64,000 nucleotides of DNA from an uncultured Planctomycetales bacterium (GCA_964456925.1 CAYWCX010000001.1:10800-74799); one strand, 5' to 3'; counted from the first letter of the stretch, positions 41,221 to 51,603 are shown. Made by a program: numbers and translations. Notes: a model not told the origin generated them from the sequence alone.

Positions 41221-41785
41221 TGACCCTGCGGTTTTCCCAGAGATACGAAAGCCCGGAATAAAGGGTGAGTATTACGGTAAGGAGCATCAGGATATAAATA
41301 CTTTCGCTGAATAACCTCTCCCAGGAGGGGTTCCAGGTGAAGAATGCCAGCATCACTTCTTTGAGCACGATAAACAAAAGGATAAAGAAAATCACCGCCA
41401 TCTGGGAAAATGTTTTATGTTTACCGGCCTTGCCGGCGGACAACACCTTGCCTTTATTGAGCGCAAAGAGCCGAAGCGAGGTAATCAGGATCTCCCGCGC
41501 GATAATAATCACGAACATCCAGGCATCGATGAGCTGCATCTGCACGAATGCCGCAAATGCCGCCAGGACCAGGATCTTGTCCGCAATGGGGTCCATGAAC
41601 CTGCCGAAATCCGTAACCATGTTCCTCCTTTGCGCAATCCTGCCGTCAAAAAAATCCGAAAGCGCGGCAAAGATAAAAATCAACAGGCTCAGCGCCTTTG
41701 CCCAGGGTCCGCGGCAAAAAAGAAAAAACATAAAGACAAAGGTCAGGACAATCCTCAATAACGTAAGCCGGTTAGCGATATTCAT
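41207..41785 (-). CDS. pgsA: CDP-diacylglycerol--glycerol-3-phosphate 3-phosphatidyltransferase
   Basis: CDP-alcohol phosphatidyltransferase motif DFFDGRIAR...DPIADK. The track ORF is extended by 56 codons. The likely start is MNIANRLTLLRIV at 41785, directly after the rimO stop. Confidence 0.85.
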   Translation of the reverse strand: MNIANRLTLLRIVLTFVFMFFLFCRGPWAKALSLLIFIFAALSDFFDGRIAQRRNMVTDFGRFMDPIADKILVLAAFAAFVQMQLIDAWMFVIIIAREILITSLRLFALNKGKVLSAGKAGKHKTFSQMAVIFFILLFIVLKEVMLAFFTWNPSWERLFSESIYILMLLTVILTLYSGLSYLWENRRVIAKF

Positions 41786-41786
41786 C

Positions 41787-43046
41787 TTAAGCAACCTCCC
41801 CCGCCAGATCGTATTCCAAGGTATCGTTAATCTCGACCCGCACAAAATCCCCGGGCCGCAATTCTCTTTCGGAGCGCACATAAACCAACCCGTCAACTTC
41901 CGGCGCGTCATACCGGCTGCGCCCCAGGTAAATATTGCCCGCGTCTTTTTCATCGATTAAAACTTCGATACTCCTGCCTAAAAATTTCTTATTTAATTCG
42001 GCGGAAATCTCCTGCTGCGCAGTCATGACGGCATTGAAACGCTCTTCCTTGACCCGCGGCGGAAGCTGTTTTTCAAAATTATAGGCGGCTGTCCCCTCCT
42101 CGCGCGAATAGATAAAAGCGCCCAGCTTTTCAAACCTTGCCTCTTTGATAAAATCCAGCAGTTCCCGGAATTCCTTTTCTGTTTCTGAAGGGAAGCCCAC
42201 GATAAGCGAGGTACGCAAGGCGGCCTGCGGTATGGTTTTGCGGATTTTAGCCAACAGCCGCAGGATATCTTTACTGGCCGTGCCGCGCCGCATGAGTTTG
42301 AGGATGCGGTCGCTGATATGCTGGACGGGTACATCCAGATATTTACACACCTTCTCCTCGTTTTTCATTATTACCAGCAGGTCGTCGCTTATCCGGCTGG
42401 GATAAAGGTAAAGCAGCCTTATCCAGCCGATATTGCTGCTCTTGCGGATAATCTTTTTAAGGATGGCACTTAATTGCGGCCTGCCGCAGAGGTCGCTGCC
42501 GTAACCGCTTAAGTCCTGGCCGATAATATTAAGCTCCGCAATGCCTTCGCGGTTCAACAACTCTACTTTATTAAGTATGTCCCGGGGTTTGAGGCTATTG
42601 AATCTCCCTTTTATCCTCGGGACAACGCAATAGCTGCAATTATTGATGCACCCTTCGCATATTTTTAAATAAGCGTAATGGCCCGGCGTTATCGGGAAAC
42701 GCTCCAGGGTATGGTTGAGGGACGGGGCGCCGATAAAGGCATCTACCTCGGGAAACTCACCGACTAATTTTTCTTTATAACGCTGCGGCAGGCACCCCGC
42801 AACAATAATCTTTTTTAAGCGGCCCCGCTTTTTTAAATCAACCAGCCCAAGGATTGCATCGATGGATTCCTTCTTGGCGTCATCGATAAAGGCACAGGTA
42901 TTCACGATGCCGATATCCGCCTTATCGATATCCGCAATACGATGTCCCTTGCGCAAGAGCCTGCCCAACATCCCTTCCGCGTCTACCAGATTACGCGGAC
43001 AGCCGAGGCTGATAATCCCGACTTTATCCCTGGGGGTTAATCTCAT
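41787..43046 (-). CDS. rimO: ribosomal protein S12 methylthiotransferase (radical-SAM MTTase)
   Basis: KVGIISLGCPRNLVDAE UPF0004 domain, radical-SAM CEGCINNCSYCVV, and a C-terminal TRAM domain. Confidence 0.88.
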   Translation of the reverse strand: MRLTPRDKVGIISLGCPRNLVDAEGMLGRLLRKGHRIADIDKADIGIVNTCAFIDDAKKESIDAILGLVDLKKRGRLKKIIVAGCLPQRYKEKLVGEFPEVDAFIGAPSLNHTLERFPITPGHYAYLKICEGCINNCSYCVVPRIKGRFNSLKPRDILNKVELLNREGIAELNIIGQDLSGYGSDLCGRPQLSAILKKIIRKSSNIGWIRLLYLYPSRISDDLLVIMKNEEKVCKYLDVPVQHISDRILKLMRRGTASKDILRLLAKIRKTIPQAALRTSLIVGFPSETEKEFRELLDFIKEARFEKLGAFIYSREEGTAAYNFEKQLPPRVKEERFNAVMTAQQEISAELNKKFLGRSIEVLIDEKDAGNIYLGRSRYDAPEVDGLVYVRSERELRPGDFVRVEINDTLEYDLAGEVA

Positions 43047-43861
43047 CGCGGCACAACCAGGCTATCCTTGGTAATAACGATATTCTTGAGGGACTGCCCT
43101 TTTGCGCCGAGGCTGGAGATGTGCCTGCTGTTAATCTGCAGGTCCACTACGCCGGCATTGCTCAGGGAAAGTTCAATCTTCTCTTTTGCCGGCCAACTCT
43201 CGGACCTTCCCTTCTTCAATCTACCCTTGAACATCACCCTGCCGTCGGCCTTCACTTCGATAAAGCAATTATCCCGGGCATAGACGGTTAACCTTACGCC
43301 GCTGGCGGTAGTTGCGGGAAGGGCGATCTGGCGCTGTTTGGGGTTTACCGCAGGCAGGTCAGCCTTCTTCTTTGCGGTCGTGGCGGCGGGTTGGCCTTTA
43401 TTTTGCGAAACTGCGACAGCGGTTACCGTGGGCCGGGGCCGGTGTAAAAACATACTAATCTTGACTGCCACGGCCTTACCTATATTAAATAGGATGATGA
43501 GCGCCGCAATCGTAATGATAGTCCCTGCGAATACCTTAACCTTTAAATGCGGCTTCAACGACAGCATGTTCAGCGAGACATCCTTAAGCAGGGACTGGTC
43601 CTTATCTCTTTGTTTTACGTTAACCGCGACCGGCACCCGCGGGTCTTTATAATCGGTAATATATTTAGCAGGGTCTTCCCCTAAAAATTTGCAGTAGTTT
43701 TTTAAAAAACCCCGGATATATATCGGGCTGATATTGATAAGGGTATCTTCCTCGATGGCCTTGAGAATACTGAGGTGGATATGGGTCTGTTTTTGCACGT
43801 CTTGCAGGGTTAACCCTTTTCCCAGGCGTACTTTTTTAAGCCTCGCGCCAATAGATTCCAT
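43043..43861 (-). CDS. rodZ: RodZ-like cytoskeleton protein (XRE-type HTH, TM segment, C-terminal DUF4115-like domain)
   Basis: IGARLKKVRLGKGLTLQDVQKQTHIHLSILKAIEED HTH followed by a TM segment. The likely start is the internal MESIGARL. Confidence 0.7.
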   Translation of the reverse strand: MESIGARLKKVRLGKGLTLQDVQKQTHIHLSILKAIEEDTLINISPIYIRGFLKNYCKFLGEDPAKYITDYKDPRVPVAVNVKQRDKDQSLLKDVSLNMLSLKPHLKVKVFAGTIITIAALIILFNIGKAVAVKISMFLHRPRPTVTAVAVSQNKGQPAATTAKKKADLPAVNPKQRQIALPATTASGVRLTVYARDNCFIEVKADGRVMFKGRLKKGRSESWPAKEKIELSLSNAGVVDLQINSRHISSLGAKGQSLKNIVITKDSLVVPR

Positions 43862-43877
43862 ATTTTTAACCTGCCCT

Positions 43878-46049
43878 CTATTCTTCCGGGATAACCTCTT
43901 TTTCCAGCCAGGCCTCGCGGTCAACCAGAATCTTGCGCGGCTTGCTGCCTTCGAACGGGCCGATCATCCCTTCCTGCTCCATTGTATCGATGATGCGCGC
44001 GGCACGGGTATAACCCAACCTTAAACGCCGCTGTAAGATGGAAACCGAGGCCTGGTTGCTTTCCATGACAACCCGCACCGCCTCATCGTAGAGTTCGTCT
44101 TTTTCCTGGGCGCCTGCGCCGAGGCCAATCTTATGCTGCCCTTCAAGAATATCTTCATCGTAGAACGGCTCGGCCTGGGCCTTGATAAAATCTACCAGCC
44201 GTTCAATCTCCTTGTCGGTGATAAGGCACCCCTGGGCGCGGATTAACTTGGATTCTCCCGGCCGCAAAAACAGCATATCCCCCTTACCCAGTAATTTATC
44301 CGCGCCGTTCATATCCAGGACGGTGCGCGAATCGACCTTGGAAGCGACCTTAAACGAGATGCGCGCCGGGAAATTCGCCTTAATCACTCCGGTAACCACG
44401 TCCACCGAAGGCCGCTGGGTAGCCAGAATCAGATGGATGCCGACGGCGCGTGAAAGCTGCGCGAGCCTGGTAATGGCACTCTCGATCTGATCCCGCGATA
44501 CCATCATCAAATCCGCCAACTCATCGATAATGATGACGATGTAGGGAATCTTTTCCTGTTTCTCGTTGTAGGAATCGATGTTGCGGGCGCTGACCTTGGC
44601 GAAGAGGCGGTAACGTTCTTCCATTTCGTTCAGGACCCAGTTGAGGGCCACCGCTGCCTTCTTGGCATCGGTGATTACCGGACATAACAAATGCGCAAGG
44701 CCGTTAAAGGGCGCCAGTTCCACCATCTTGGGGTCAATCATTAAAAATTTCAGTTCCTGCGGGGTATTCTTAAAGAGCATGGAAAAAATCAGGGAGTTAA
44801 CACAAACGGTCTTACCCGAACCGGTGGTGCCGGCAATCAGAAGATGCGGCATATCCGAAAGGTCCGCGACTACCGGAGAACCGGAGATATCCTTCCCTAA
44901 GGAAAGGGCAAGCTTGGACTTACACTCCTGAAACTCAGGTGAAGATAGGACCTCCCTCAAATATACAAAACTGCTCTGGGTATTGGGGACCTCGACGCCG
45001 ACCCTCCCCTTTCCGGGGATAGGCGCGACAATGCGCACCGACTGCGCCTTCATCGCCAGGGCAATATCGTCGCTCAACGCCACGATGCGGTTTAACTTTA
45101 CTCCCGGCGCAGGTTCCAGTTCATAGCGGGTAATAATCGGCCCGCGTTCGATAGCGGTAACCTTGGCAGAGATGCCGAAATCCTCCAGTGTTTCCTCCAG
45201 GATTCTGGCATTCCCCTCCAGATCCTCTTTAATCTGCCTGGCTTCCAATGGCGGAGGAGAATCCAGAAGATCCAGGGAAGGAAGATGATAATCTCCGACC
45301 TTAACCTCACGCGGCTTAGCCTGAGGCACAATAGACTCCTGCTGTTTCAACTTAATCTGAATTTTGGGTTTGAGAGTCGTCGGTGGGGTACTAACGGCAC
45401 TAATAACCCTGGGTTCGGAAACCAGGGATTCCCGGGAGGGTTCGGTCTTCTCGGATAATACGGATTTAAAGGCCGGAAATTTTCCCTTCTTTTTGAATCT
45501 GAAGACCGGACGGGTAAAGATTCTGGTCCTCTCCATTACCCGCGAGATAAGCATCGAGATTAAAGTCTCGGTAAGCAAGGCAAAGGATAATATCGCCAGG
45601 GTAATAAAAACAATATAACCGCCCAGGCGTCCGAGGTAAGCCGTAGCCAGCCGGGAAAGGCTAAAGCCCAGAAACCCCGCAAGGTAAAAAGCGCTGGTTT
45701 CGTTACGTACGAAGACCATCCCCGCCAATGACCCCAGAGAGATAAGTAAGACCAGTCCTCCTAAAATACGCGGTAAGCGCAGGTCCGCTTCCTGCTGCCG
45801 GAATAAGTTTATCCCCGGCAGTAAAATCAATATAGGTAAAATAAAGCTGCTGATGCGGCCGATGAGAAAAACCAGCACTCCCGAGAGGTATGCGCCGAAA
45901 ATACCGAGAGGATTTAAGGGCGGGGTATTGGGATGCGACGCGTAGAAAGGAAGGTCAAGGCGTTCCGGCCGCAGAAGCGCGGCAAGGACCATCAAACCCG
46001 CGGCAACAAGTATAACGCCTTTGATTTCGTTTAATCTCTTTTCTCTCAC
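43878..46049 (-). CDS. ftsK: DNA translocase FtsK/SpoIIIE
   Basis: N-terminal multi-TM region, proline-rich linker, and an ATPase with the Walker A motif GTTGSGKTV; 723 aa. Confidence 0.92.
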   Translation of the reverse strand: MREKRLNEIKGVILVAAGLMVLAALLRPERLDLPFYASHPNTPPLNPLGIFGAYLSGVLVFLIGRISSFILPILILLPGINLFRQQEADLRLPRILGGLVLLISLGSLAGMVFVRNETSAFYLAGFLGFSLSRLATAYLGRLGGYIVFITLAILSFALLTETLISMLISRVMERTRIFTRPVFRFKKKGKFPAFKSVLSEKTEPSRESLVSEPRVISAVSTPPTTLKPKIQIKLKQQESIVPQAKPREVKVGDYHLPSLDLLDSPPPLEARQIKEDLEGNARILEETLEDFGISAKVTAIERGPIITRYELEPAPGVKLNRIVALSDDIALAMKAQSVRIVAPIPGKGRVGVEVPNTQSSFVYLREVLSSPEFQECKSKLALSLGKDISGSPVVADLSDMPHLLIAGTTGSGKTVCVNSLIFSMLFKNTPQELKFLMIDPKMVELAPFNGLAHLLCPVITDAKKAAVALNWVLNEMEERYRLFAKVSARNIDSYNEKQEKIPYIVIIIDELADLMMVSRDQIESAITRLAQLSRAVGIHLILATQRPSVDVVTGVIKANFPARISFKVASKVDSRTVLDMNGADKLLGKGDMLFLRPGESKLIRAQGCLITDKEIERLVDFIKAQAEPFYDEDILEGQHKIGLGAGAQEKDELYDEAVRVVMESNQASVSILQRRLRLGYTRAARIIDTMEQEGMIGPFEGSKPRKILVDREAWLEKEVIPEE

Positions 46050-48121
46050 TTCTCACTATTTTTTTCTTCTGCCTGCTTCTTGCTGAGGTTAATCCTGCCC
46101 AGCTCATCTATGCCGATAACCTTAACCTTAATCTCGTCTCCGATCTTGACTTCGTCTTCCGCTTTCTTGACAAAATGGTTGGCCAGTTCCGAAACGTGCA
46201 CCAAGCCTTCCTTGCGCGGCGCGATTTCGCAGAATACCCCGAAGGCCATGATGCGTTTTACCTTGGCCAGATAAATACGGCCCACCTCAACGTCTTCAAC
46301 GATAGTCTTGATCATCTTAATCGCCTGCGCCGAAGCGCTGGGTTCGGTAGAGCCCACCAGGACCGTGCCGTCATCCTTGATATCAACGCTAGCTCCGGTA
46401 GCGGCAATGATGGCTTTAATGGTCTTGCCGCCCGGGCCGATGAGTTCCCCGATTTTTTCGGGATTAATCTTGAGCACCTCGATGCGCGGGGCATAAGACG
46501 ATAATTCCTCGCGCGGCTTCGCAAGCGCGGCGTTAATCTTGTCCAGGATAAATTGCCTGCCTTCCCTGCCCTGGCTAAAGCATTTTTCTAAAAGGTCGGT
46601 ACCGATACCGTCAATCTTCAAATCCAGCTGCACTGCGGTAAGGCCGGCCTTGGTCCCGGCAACCTTAAAATCCATATCCCCGAAATGGTCTTCCACGCCG
46701 GTAATGTCGCTTAAGATTATCGCCTTATCGCCCTCTTTTATCAAACCGAGGGCAATACCGGCTACCGCATCCTTGATGGGAACGCCGGCGTCCATAAGGG
46801 CAAGGGTGGCGGAGCAGACCGTGGCCATGCTCGAAGAACCGTTGGATTCCAGTATCTCGGAAACTACCCGGATGGTGTAAGGGAATTTTTCCTTGGAAGG
46901 CATTACTGCCATAAGCGCTTTTTCCGCAAGCGCGCCGTGCCCGATTTCACGGCGCCCCGGACCGCGCACCGGAGCAGTCTCTCCGACGCTAAAAGGCGGA
47001 AAACTGTAATGGAGCATAAAGGTCTTGTATTTTTCTCCCTCCAGGGCTTCGATGAGCTGTTCGTCTTCGCCCGTACCGAGGGTAGTAACCGCCAGGCTCT
47101 GGGTCTGGCCGCGGGTAAAAAGACTGGAGCCGTGGGTGCGCGGCAGCACCGCGACCTCGCAGGTAATCGGACGGATATCCTTAAAGCCCCTCTTGTCAAC
47201 GCGGGTATTTTCCGTCAATACCTTCCTGCGCAACTCCTCCTTCTCTATCTCTACCAAGGCCGCCCTGACATCAAGCGCCTCAAAACCCTCCTCGGTAAGC
47301 TGGGCTTCAAGCTCTTTAGCCAGGGCATCCACTGCCTCTTCGCGCTCTTCTTTTTGACTCAAATCGTAAATCGCCTTTAACTTTCCCTGCGATAACTGGG
47401 CAACCTTCTTTTTCAATGCGGGGTCGATAAGTTTATAATCAACCGCGGCCTTGGGTTTGCCGTATTGGCGGATAAAATCTTCCTGTATGCTGATGAGGGC
47501 TTTAAGTTTTTCGCAACCGAATTTCACCGCCTCGATAAATATATCCTCGGTTACCTCTTTGAGTTTGGATTCCAGCATCACCACACCGTTTTTATTGGCT
47601 ACCACCACGATATCGAGGTCGGAATTCTCAAGCTGGGCATAGGTGGGATTAATGATAAACTCAAGCCCTGCCCTGCCGATGCGGCAGCTGGCTAACGGCC
47701 CGTTAAAGGGTATGTCCGAAATACCCAGCGCCACGGAGGCGCCGTTTACCGCCAGGACATCCGGGTCGTTTTCTCCGTCGCTGGAAACAACAATCGCCAT
47801 CACCTGGACCTCGTTGAATAAGCCTTCCGGAAATAGCGGCCGGATAGGCCGGTCGATAAGGCGGGCGGTGAGAATCTCGCTTTCCGAAGGCCGGCCTTCG
47901 CGCTTAAAAAATCCGCCGGGGATCCTTCCGGCGGCATAGGTCTTTTCCTGATATTCCACGGTTAACGGGAAAAAATCCTGGCCCTCGCGCGGCTCCTTGG
48001 ACATGCAGGCGGTAACCAGCACTACCGTGCCGCCGTAACTGACCACCACCGAACCGTTTGCCTGACGGGCAACCTTGCCGGTTTCCAAAATTAATTCCCT
48101 TTCACCAAACTTAATCTGCAT
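46046..48121 (-). CDS. pnp: polyribonucleotide nucleotidyltransferase (PNPase)
   Basis: Two RNase PH domains plus KH and S1 domains; 691 aa. Sits downstream of rpsO as in most bacteria. Confidence 0.95.
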   Translation of the reverse strand: MQIKFGERELILETGKVARQANGSVVVSYGGTVVLVTACMSKEPREGQDFFPLTVEYQEKTYAAGRIPGGFFKREGRPSESEILTARLIDRPIRPLFPEGLFNEVQVMAIVVSSDGENDPDVLAVNGASVALGISDIPFNGPLASCRIGRAGLEFIINPTYAQLENSDLDIVVVANKNGVVMLESKLKEVTEDIFIEAVKFGCEKLKALISIQEDFIRQYGKPKAAVDYKLIDPALKKKVAQLSQGKLKAIYDLSQKEEREEAVDALAKELEAQLTEEGFEALDVRAALVEIEKEELRRKVLTENTRVDKRGFKDIRPITCEVAVLPRTHGSSLFTRGQTQSLAVTTLGTGEDEQLIEALEGEKYKTFMLHYSFPPFSVGETAPVRGPGRREIGHGALAEKALMAVMPSKEKFPYTIRVVSEILESNGSSSMATVCSATLALMDAGVPIKDAVAGIALGLIKEGDKAIILSDITGVEDHFGDMDFKVAGTKAGLTAVQLDLKIDGIGTDLLEKCFSQGREGRQFILDKINAALAKPREELSSYAPRIEVLKINPEKIGELIGPGGKTIKAIIAATGASVDIKDDGTVLVGSTEPSASAQAIKMIKTIVEDVEVGRIYLAKVKRIMAFGVFCEIAPRKEGLVHVSELANHFVKKAEDEVKIGDEIKVKVIGIDELGRINLSKKQAEEKNSEK

Positions 48122-48172
48122 TATACCCCCTTATTATTGTTATGATTTTATAAGGATAAAAGCGGAAAGCCC

Positions 48173-48442
48173 TTACTTCCTCAGACTCAGCTTCTCCAAG
48201 ACCTCTTCATACTTCTTGATGTCTTTATTCTTGAGATAATCTAAAAGCCTGCGCCTTCTTCCTACCAGTATCAAGAGACCGCGGCGGGAATGGAAATCCT
48301 TCTTGTGGGTTTTGAAATGCTCGCCAAGGTTATTGATTCTGCTCGTGAGCAACGCCACCTGCACCTCCGGCGAACCGGTGTCCCGGGTATGGAGTTTAAA
48401 ATCATCGATAAGGTGTTTCTTTTCTTCCTTAACCAACGTCAA
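48173..48442 (-). CDS. rpsO: 30S ribosomal protein S15
   Basis: 89 aa ([40 protein letters not shown]). Apparent TTG start with a GGAGG RBS 9 nt upstream. Confidence 0.9.
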   Translation of the reverse strand: MTLVKEEKKHLIDDFKLHTRDTGSPEVQVALLTSRINNLGEHFKTHKKDFHSRRGLLILVGRRRRLLDYLKNKDIKKYEEVLEKLSLRK

Positions 48443-48470
48443 CTTTATTCACCTCCTTCATTTTTTTAAT

Positions 48471-48499
48471 TATTATACGCTACTTTATATCGCAAGTCA
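48471..48499 (-). promoter_or_regulatory. rpsO promoter: TTGACT, 17-nt spacer, TATAAT
   Basis: Minus-strand reading is TTGACTtgcgatataaagtagcgTATAATaattaaaaaaatgaaGGAGGtgaataaagTTG. Confidence 0.55.
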
Positions 48500-48528
48500 A
48501 TAATTTCATTATAAATTATTTAGGCAGC

Positions 48529-51450
48529 TTACCTTATGATTGCCGAAGGGCAGATCTGGTTGTAGGCACAGTACCTGCAGGCGAGATACTCGGGTTTAGC
48601 CTCAAAAATACGGCTGCGGATACCCGCGGAAACCTGGCGTATCTTATCTTTGACCTTCTCAAGGTCGCTCTCGTCTTTCGTGTCGCTTCCGATAAGCCCG
48701 GATTCCAGGAAATAAAGCTGCACCAATTTGGGAAGCTCTCCGAAAATACTCTTATACGCCAAGGCGTAAACGCCCAGCTGCAGGCTATCCCGGGTGCGCT
48801 TATCCGCCTCCTGCTGTTTATTGAGTTCGGAGGTCTTAAAATCCATAATGACGACGCCGTCTTCCTCTTTATCGATACGGTCAAAACGGCCGCGGATTTT
48901 ATTGTTATCGAGCATGAAGGAAAATTCTTTTTCGATATATAGCGGCCGGGAATCGCGTTTTTCTTCGGCGCTGTAAAAACGTACCAGCGCATCCTGGCCG
49001 ATGCGAAAACGCTCCTCTTGGTGCTGCTCGCTGATGAAGCCCCGGGGGTCAAAATTTTTCCGGAACAACTCCAGAAGCTGAGCAAGCTCCATCTTTTCAC
49101 CCGCCATCTTAAATTGAAAATACTCGGTTACTGCCTCATGCATTGCGCGTCCGTAGATAACGGTGTGGTGTTCCATAATCGGCACGCGCAGAATATGCAC
49201 GTATTTATATTTCAGGGGACAGGTAAGATAATCGTCTAACTGATAAAAACTCAAAAACAAAAGCTCCTCCTGCGGTATGGCACGCTGCTTCGGTTTAAGA
49301 GAATCCTTGCGCGGCGCAAAACGCTTGATTGCCTCAAGGGCGCTGCTTTTAGGATGTCCTTTGTCTGCGACGCCTTCTCCGATCGCCTCTGCCACAAACT
49401 GGCTGACCCGGCGCAGGCGCGTCCCGCCGTAATCCGAGGCCGAAGTCAGGTAGAGTTCTTCTTTGGCGCGCGTCATTCCTACGTAAAAAAGACGGCGCTC
49501 CTCCTGAATATGATAATCCCCCTGCGGCAGGATCTCTTTGATAAGGGGGTCGGGTATCTCGATGGGTTGCCGGCGGTGCGAAACCGGGAATTTGCCGTTC
49601 ACGAGGCTGACCATAAACACCGCTTTAAACTCCAGCCCTTTGGCCTTGTGGATGGTAAGGACATTTACGACGTCCGCTTCCGGGTCGCTCTCCGCGGTCT
49701 CGGGGTCATCCCCCGCTTCAATAAGGAGGTCGAGGTAACCCACAAAATTAATTACGCGGTCTTCCTTCGCCACCAATTCAAAATCCCGCACGATATTAAA
49801 GAACTTGGCGAGGTTCTGGATCTTGCTTTCTTTCTCAAGATTAATATCGCGGGTGAGTTTTTTAAGGTAACCGCTGTCGGTCAGGAAACCGTACAATAAC
49901 CTCCCGGTTGTTTCCTCCCGCGAGATCTTCAGGAATTTATCGAGGTCGACTAAGATACCCAGAATCTTCTTGCGCGAAGACTCCTTTACCCTGGTTAATT
50001 CCGGGGTATCCGCCAATTCCTCAAAAACCTCATAGAGGGATTTATTGCTGCGTTTGGCATAATGCATGCACAGACCGAGATCCGCGAGGTCGAGGGAATA
50101 TATTTCGCTGGTGGCAAGATAATATAAGCTCAATGAATCCGAATGGTTCGCCACCGCGCGCAGAAAATTAATGCATAATTTTACCTCTTCGCGCGAATAC
50201 AAACCCTGATTGCCGCTGAACTGCCACGGGATATTCTCCATATTCAGGGCCTGCAGGTATGCCCTGGCATCGGAGTTGGAACGCACCAGGATTGCAAAAT
50301 CCTTATAATTGAATTTCCTGCTTTTTACTTTATCGCGGATGCTTTGGGCTACCCAGTCCGCTTCCGCGGAATTCGTCTCAAAATGCAGGTGGCGGGGAGG
50401 AACGGGTTTGGCCTTATTAACGGCAACGAGCTTCTTATCGATACCGGCCTTTACCTCAAAGCGCTCGGGGTTATTGTTCTGGATTAAACGGTAGGCGCTG
50501 TCTAAGATGACCTGGGTGGAGCGGTAATTCTTAATCAGGCTTATCTTTTTACTGCGCGGAAAACTCTCGGTAAAATTCAGCACGTTGCTGTAAGCAGCAC
50601 CGCGCCAGCGGTAAATACACTGGTCGTCGTCCGCCACGACCGCAATGTTGCCCGCCCCGCCTGCCAGTAACTTTACCAGTTGAAACTGCGAAAAATTGGT
50701 ATCCTGGAATTCGTCTACCAGGATATACTTAAACTGCTGCTGGTATCTTTTTAAAATCAGGGGGTGTTCCCTCAAGAGCCCAAGCGCCAGGTAAAACTGG
50801 TTCCCGAAATCTACTACCCCGTATTTGGCAAGCAGCTCCTGATATTTGGCATAGGCCGAAGCCACCTCCATCTGCTGGTGCGCCTCTTCCTGAAGCGCAA
50901 AATCCTGCGGGCTCTGGCTGGCCCGGCAGACAAGTTCCCGGCTGTAATTAAGATATTCTCCCGGGGCAATATCTTCGTCTTTGGCGCGGCTGAAAGCCGA
51001 AATCAGGGCTTCGATAAAACGGGTAGGTTCGGATAGCGGCCGGTAATAAGAAAGGTTAAATTCAAAAAGGTGCTCACGGCAGAATACCGCGGCTTCGGGA
51101 CGGGTAAGGACCTTGAAGTCCGGGCTCAACCCCGCCACAATGGCATTTTCGCGCAGGAGCCTGTCCCCGAAGGCGTGGAAGGTGGAGATCCAGATATCGG
51201 TGTAACCGTAAGGCACCAGGATATCCACGCGCTCCAGCATATCCAGCGCCGCCTTATCGGTAAAGGTAAGCGCCAGTATCTCGTTGGTGCGGGCTAACCC
51301 TTCGGATAAGAGCCAGGCAATCCTCTTGGTAATAACCGTGGTCTTTCCGGTGCCTGCGCCGGCAATGATAAGCAAAGGCCCCTCGCGGTGGCAAACCGCC
51401 TCCCGTTGCTCCTGATTCAAATCCTTAATTATATCTTCAGCCATAATCAA
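48529..51450 (-). CDS. UvrD/PcrA-like superfamily-1 helicase fused to a C-terminal Cas4/AddB-like PD-(D/E)xK nuclease with a 4Cys Fe-S motif
   Basis: N-terminus LNQEQREAVCHREGPLLIIAGAGTGKTTVITKRIAWLL (Q-motif plus Walker A). C-terminus has GRFDRID ... MDFKTSE ... LQLGVYALAY nuclease motifs, with CPLKY upstream and CRYCAYNQIC (CX2CX5C) at the end. Confidence 0.85.
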   Translation of the reverse strand: MIMAEDIIKDLNQEQREAVCHREGPLLIIAGAGTGKTTVITKRIAWLLSEGLARTNEILALTFTDKAALDMLERVDILVPYGYTDIWISTFHAFGDRLLRENAIVAGLSPDFKVLTRPEAAVFCREHLFEFNLSYYRPLSEPTRFIEALISAFSRAKDEDIAPGEYLNYSRELVCRASQSPQDFALQEEAHQQMEVASAYAKYQELLAKYGVVDFGNQFYLALGLLREHPLILKRYQQQFKYILVDEFQDTNFSQFQLVKLLAGGAGNIAVVADDDQCIYRWRGAAYSNVLNFTESFPRSKKISLIKNYRSTQVILDSAYRLIQNNNPERFEVKAGIDKKLVAVNKAKPVPPRHLHFETNSAEADWVAQSIRDKVKSRKFNYKDFAILVRSNSDARAYLQALNMENIPWQFSGNQGLYSREEVKLCINFLRAVANHSDSLSLYYLATSEIYSLDLADLGLCMHYAKRSNKSLYEVFEELADTPELTRVKESSRKKILGILVDLDKFLKISREETTGRLLYGFLTDSGYLKKLTRDINLEKESKIQNLAKFFNIVRDFELVAKEDRVINFVGYLDLLIEAGDDPETAESDPEADVVNVLTIHKAKGLEFKAVFMVSLVNGKFPVSHRRQPIEIPDPLIKEILPQGDYHIQEERRLFYVGMTRAKEELYLTSASDYGGTRLRRVSQFVAEAIGEGVADKGHPKSSALEAIKRFAPRKDSLKPKQRAIPQEELLFLSFYQLDDYLTCPLKYKYVHILRVPIMEHHTVIYGRAMHEAVTEYFQFKMAGEKMELAQLLELFRKNFDPRGFISEQHQEERFRIGQDALVRFYSAEEKRDSRPLYIEKEFSFMLDNNKIRGRFDRIDKEEDGVVIMDFKTSELNKQQEADKRTRDSLQLGVYALAYKSIFGELPKLVQLYFLESGLIGSDTKDESDLEKVKDKIRQVSAGIRSRIFEAKPEYLACRYCAYNQICPSAIIR

Positions 51451-51480
51451 CTTTAGGGAAGGTTCTCAACTCAAAACTAA

Positions 51481-51499
51481 GGTGTCCCCCGAGGGGGCA
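51481..51499. other. GC-rich hairpin (GTGTCCCCC-GA-GGGGGCAC) in the divergent helicase/rpmB intergenic region
   Basis: 8-bp stem with one G-U pair; lies upstream of both flanking genes. Confidence 0.35.
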
Positions 51500-51535
51500 C
51501 TTTATAGCGGAGTTCAGAACCGTCCCTATTTTATC

Positions 51536-51563
51536 TTGACAATAGGGTATTTTCAAGTATACT
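51536..51563 (+). promoter_or_regulatory. rpmB promoter: TTGACA, 16-nt spacer, TATACT
   Basis: TTGACAatagggtattttcaagTATACT at 51536-51563. RBS GAGGTG sits 7 nt before the ATG at 51604. Confidence 0.6.
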
Positions 51564-51603
51564 CTAATCCCTGTAGCTTTTACTTAAATCGAGGTGAATA
51601 AAG

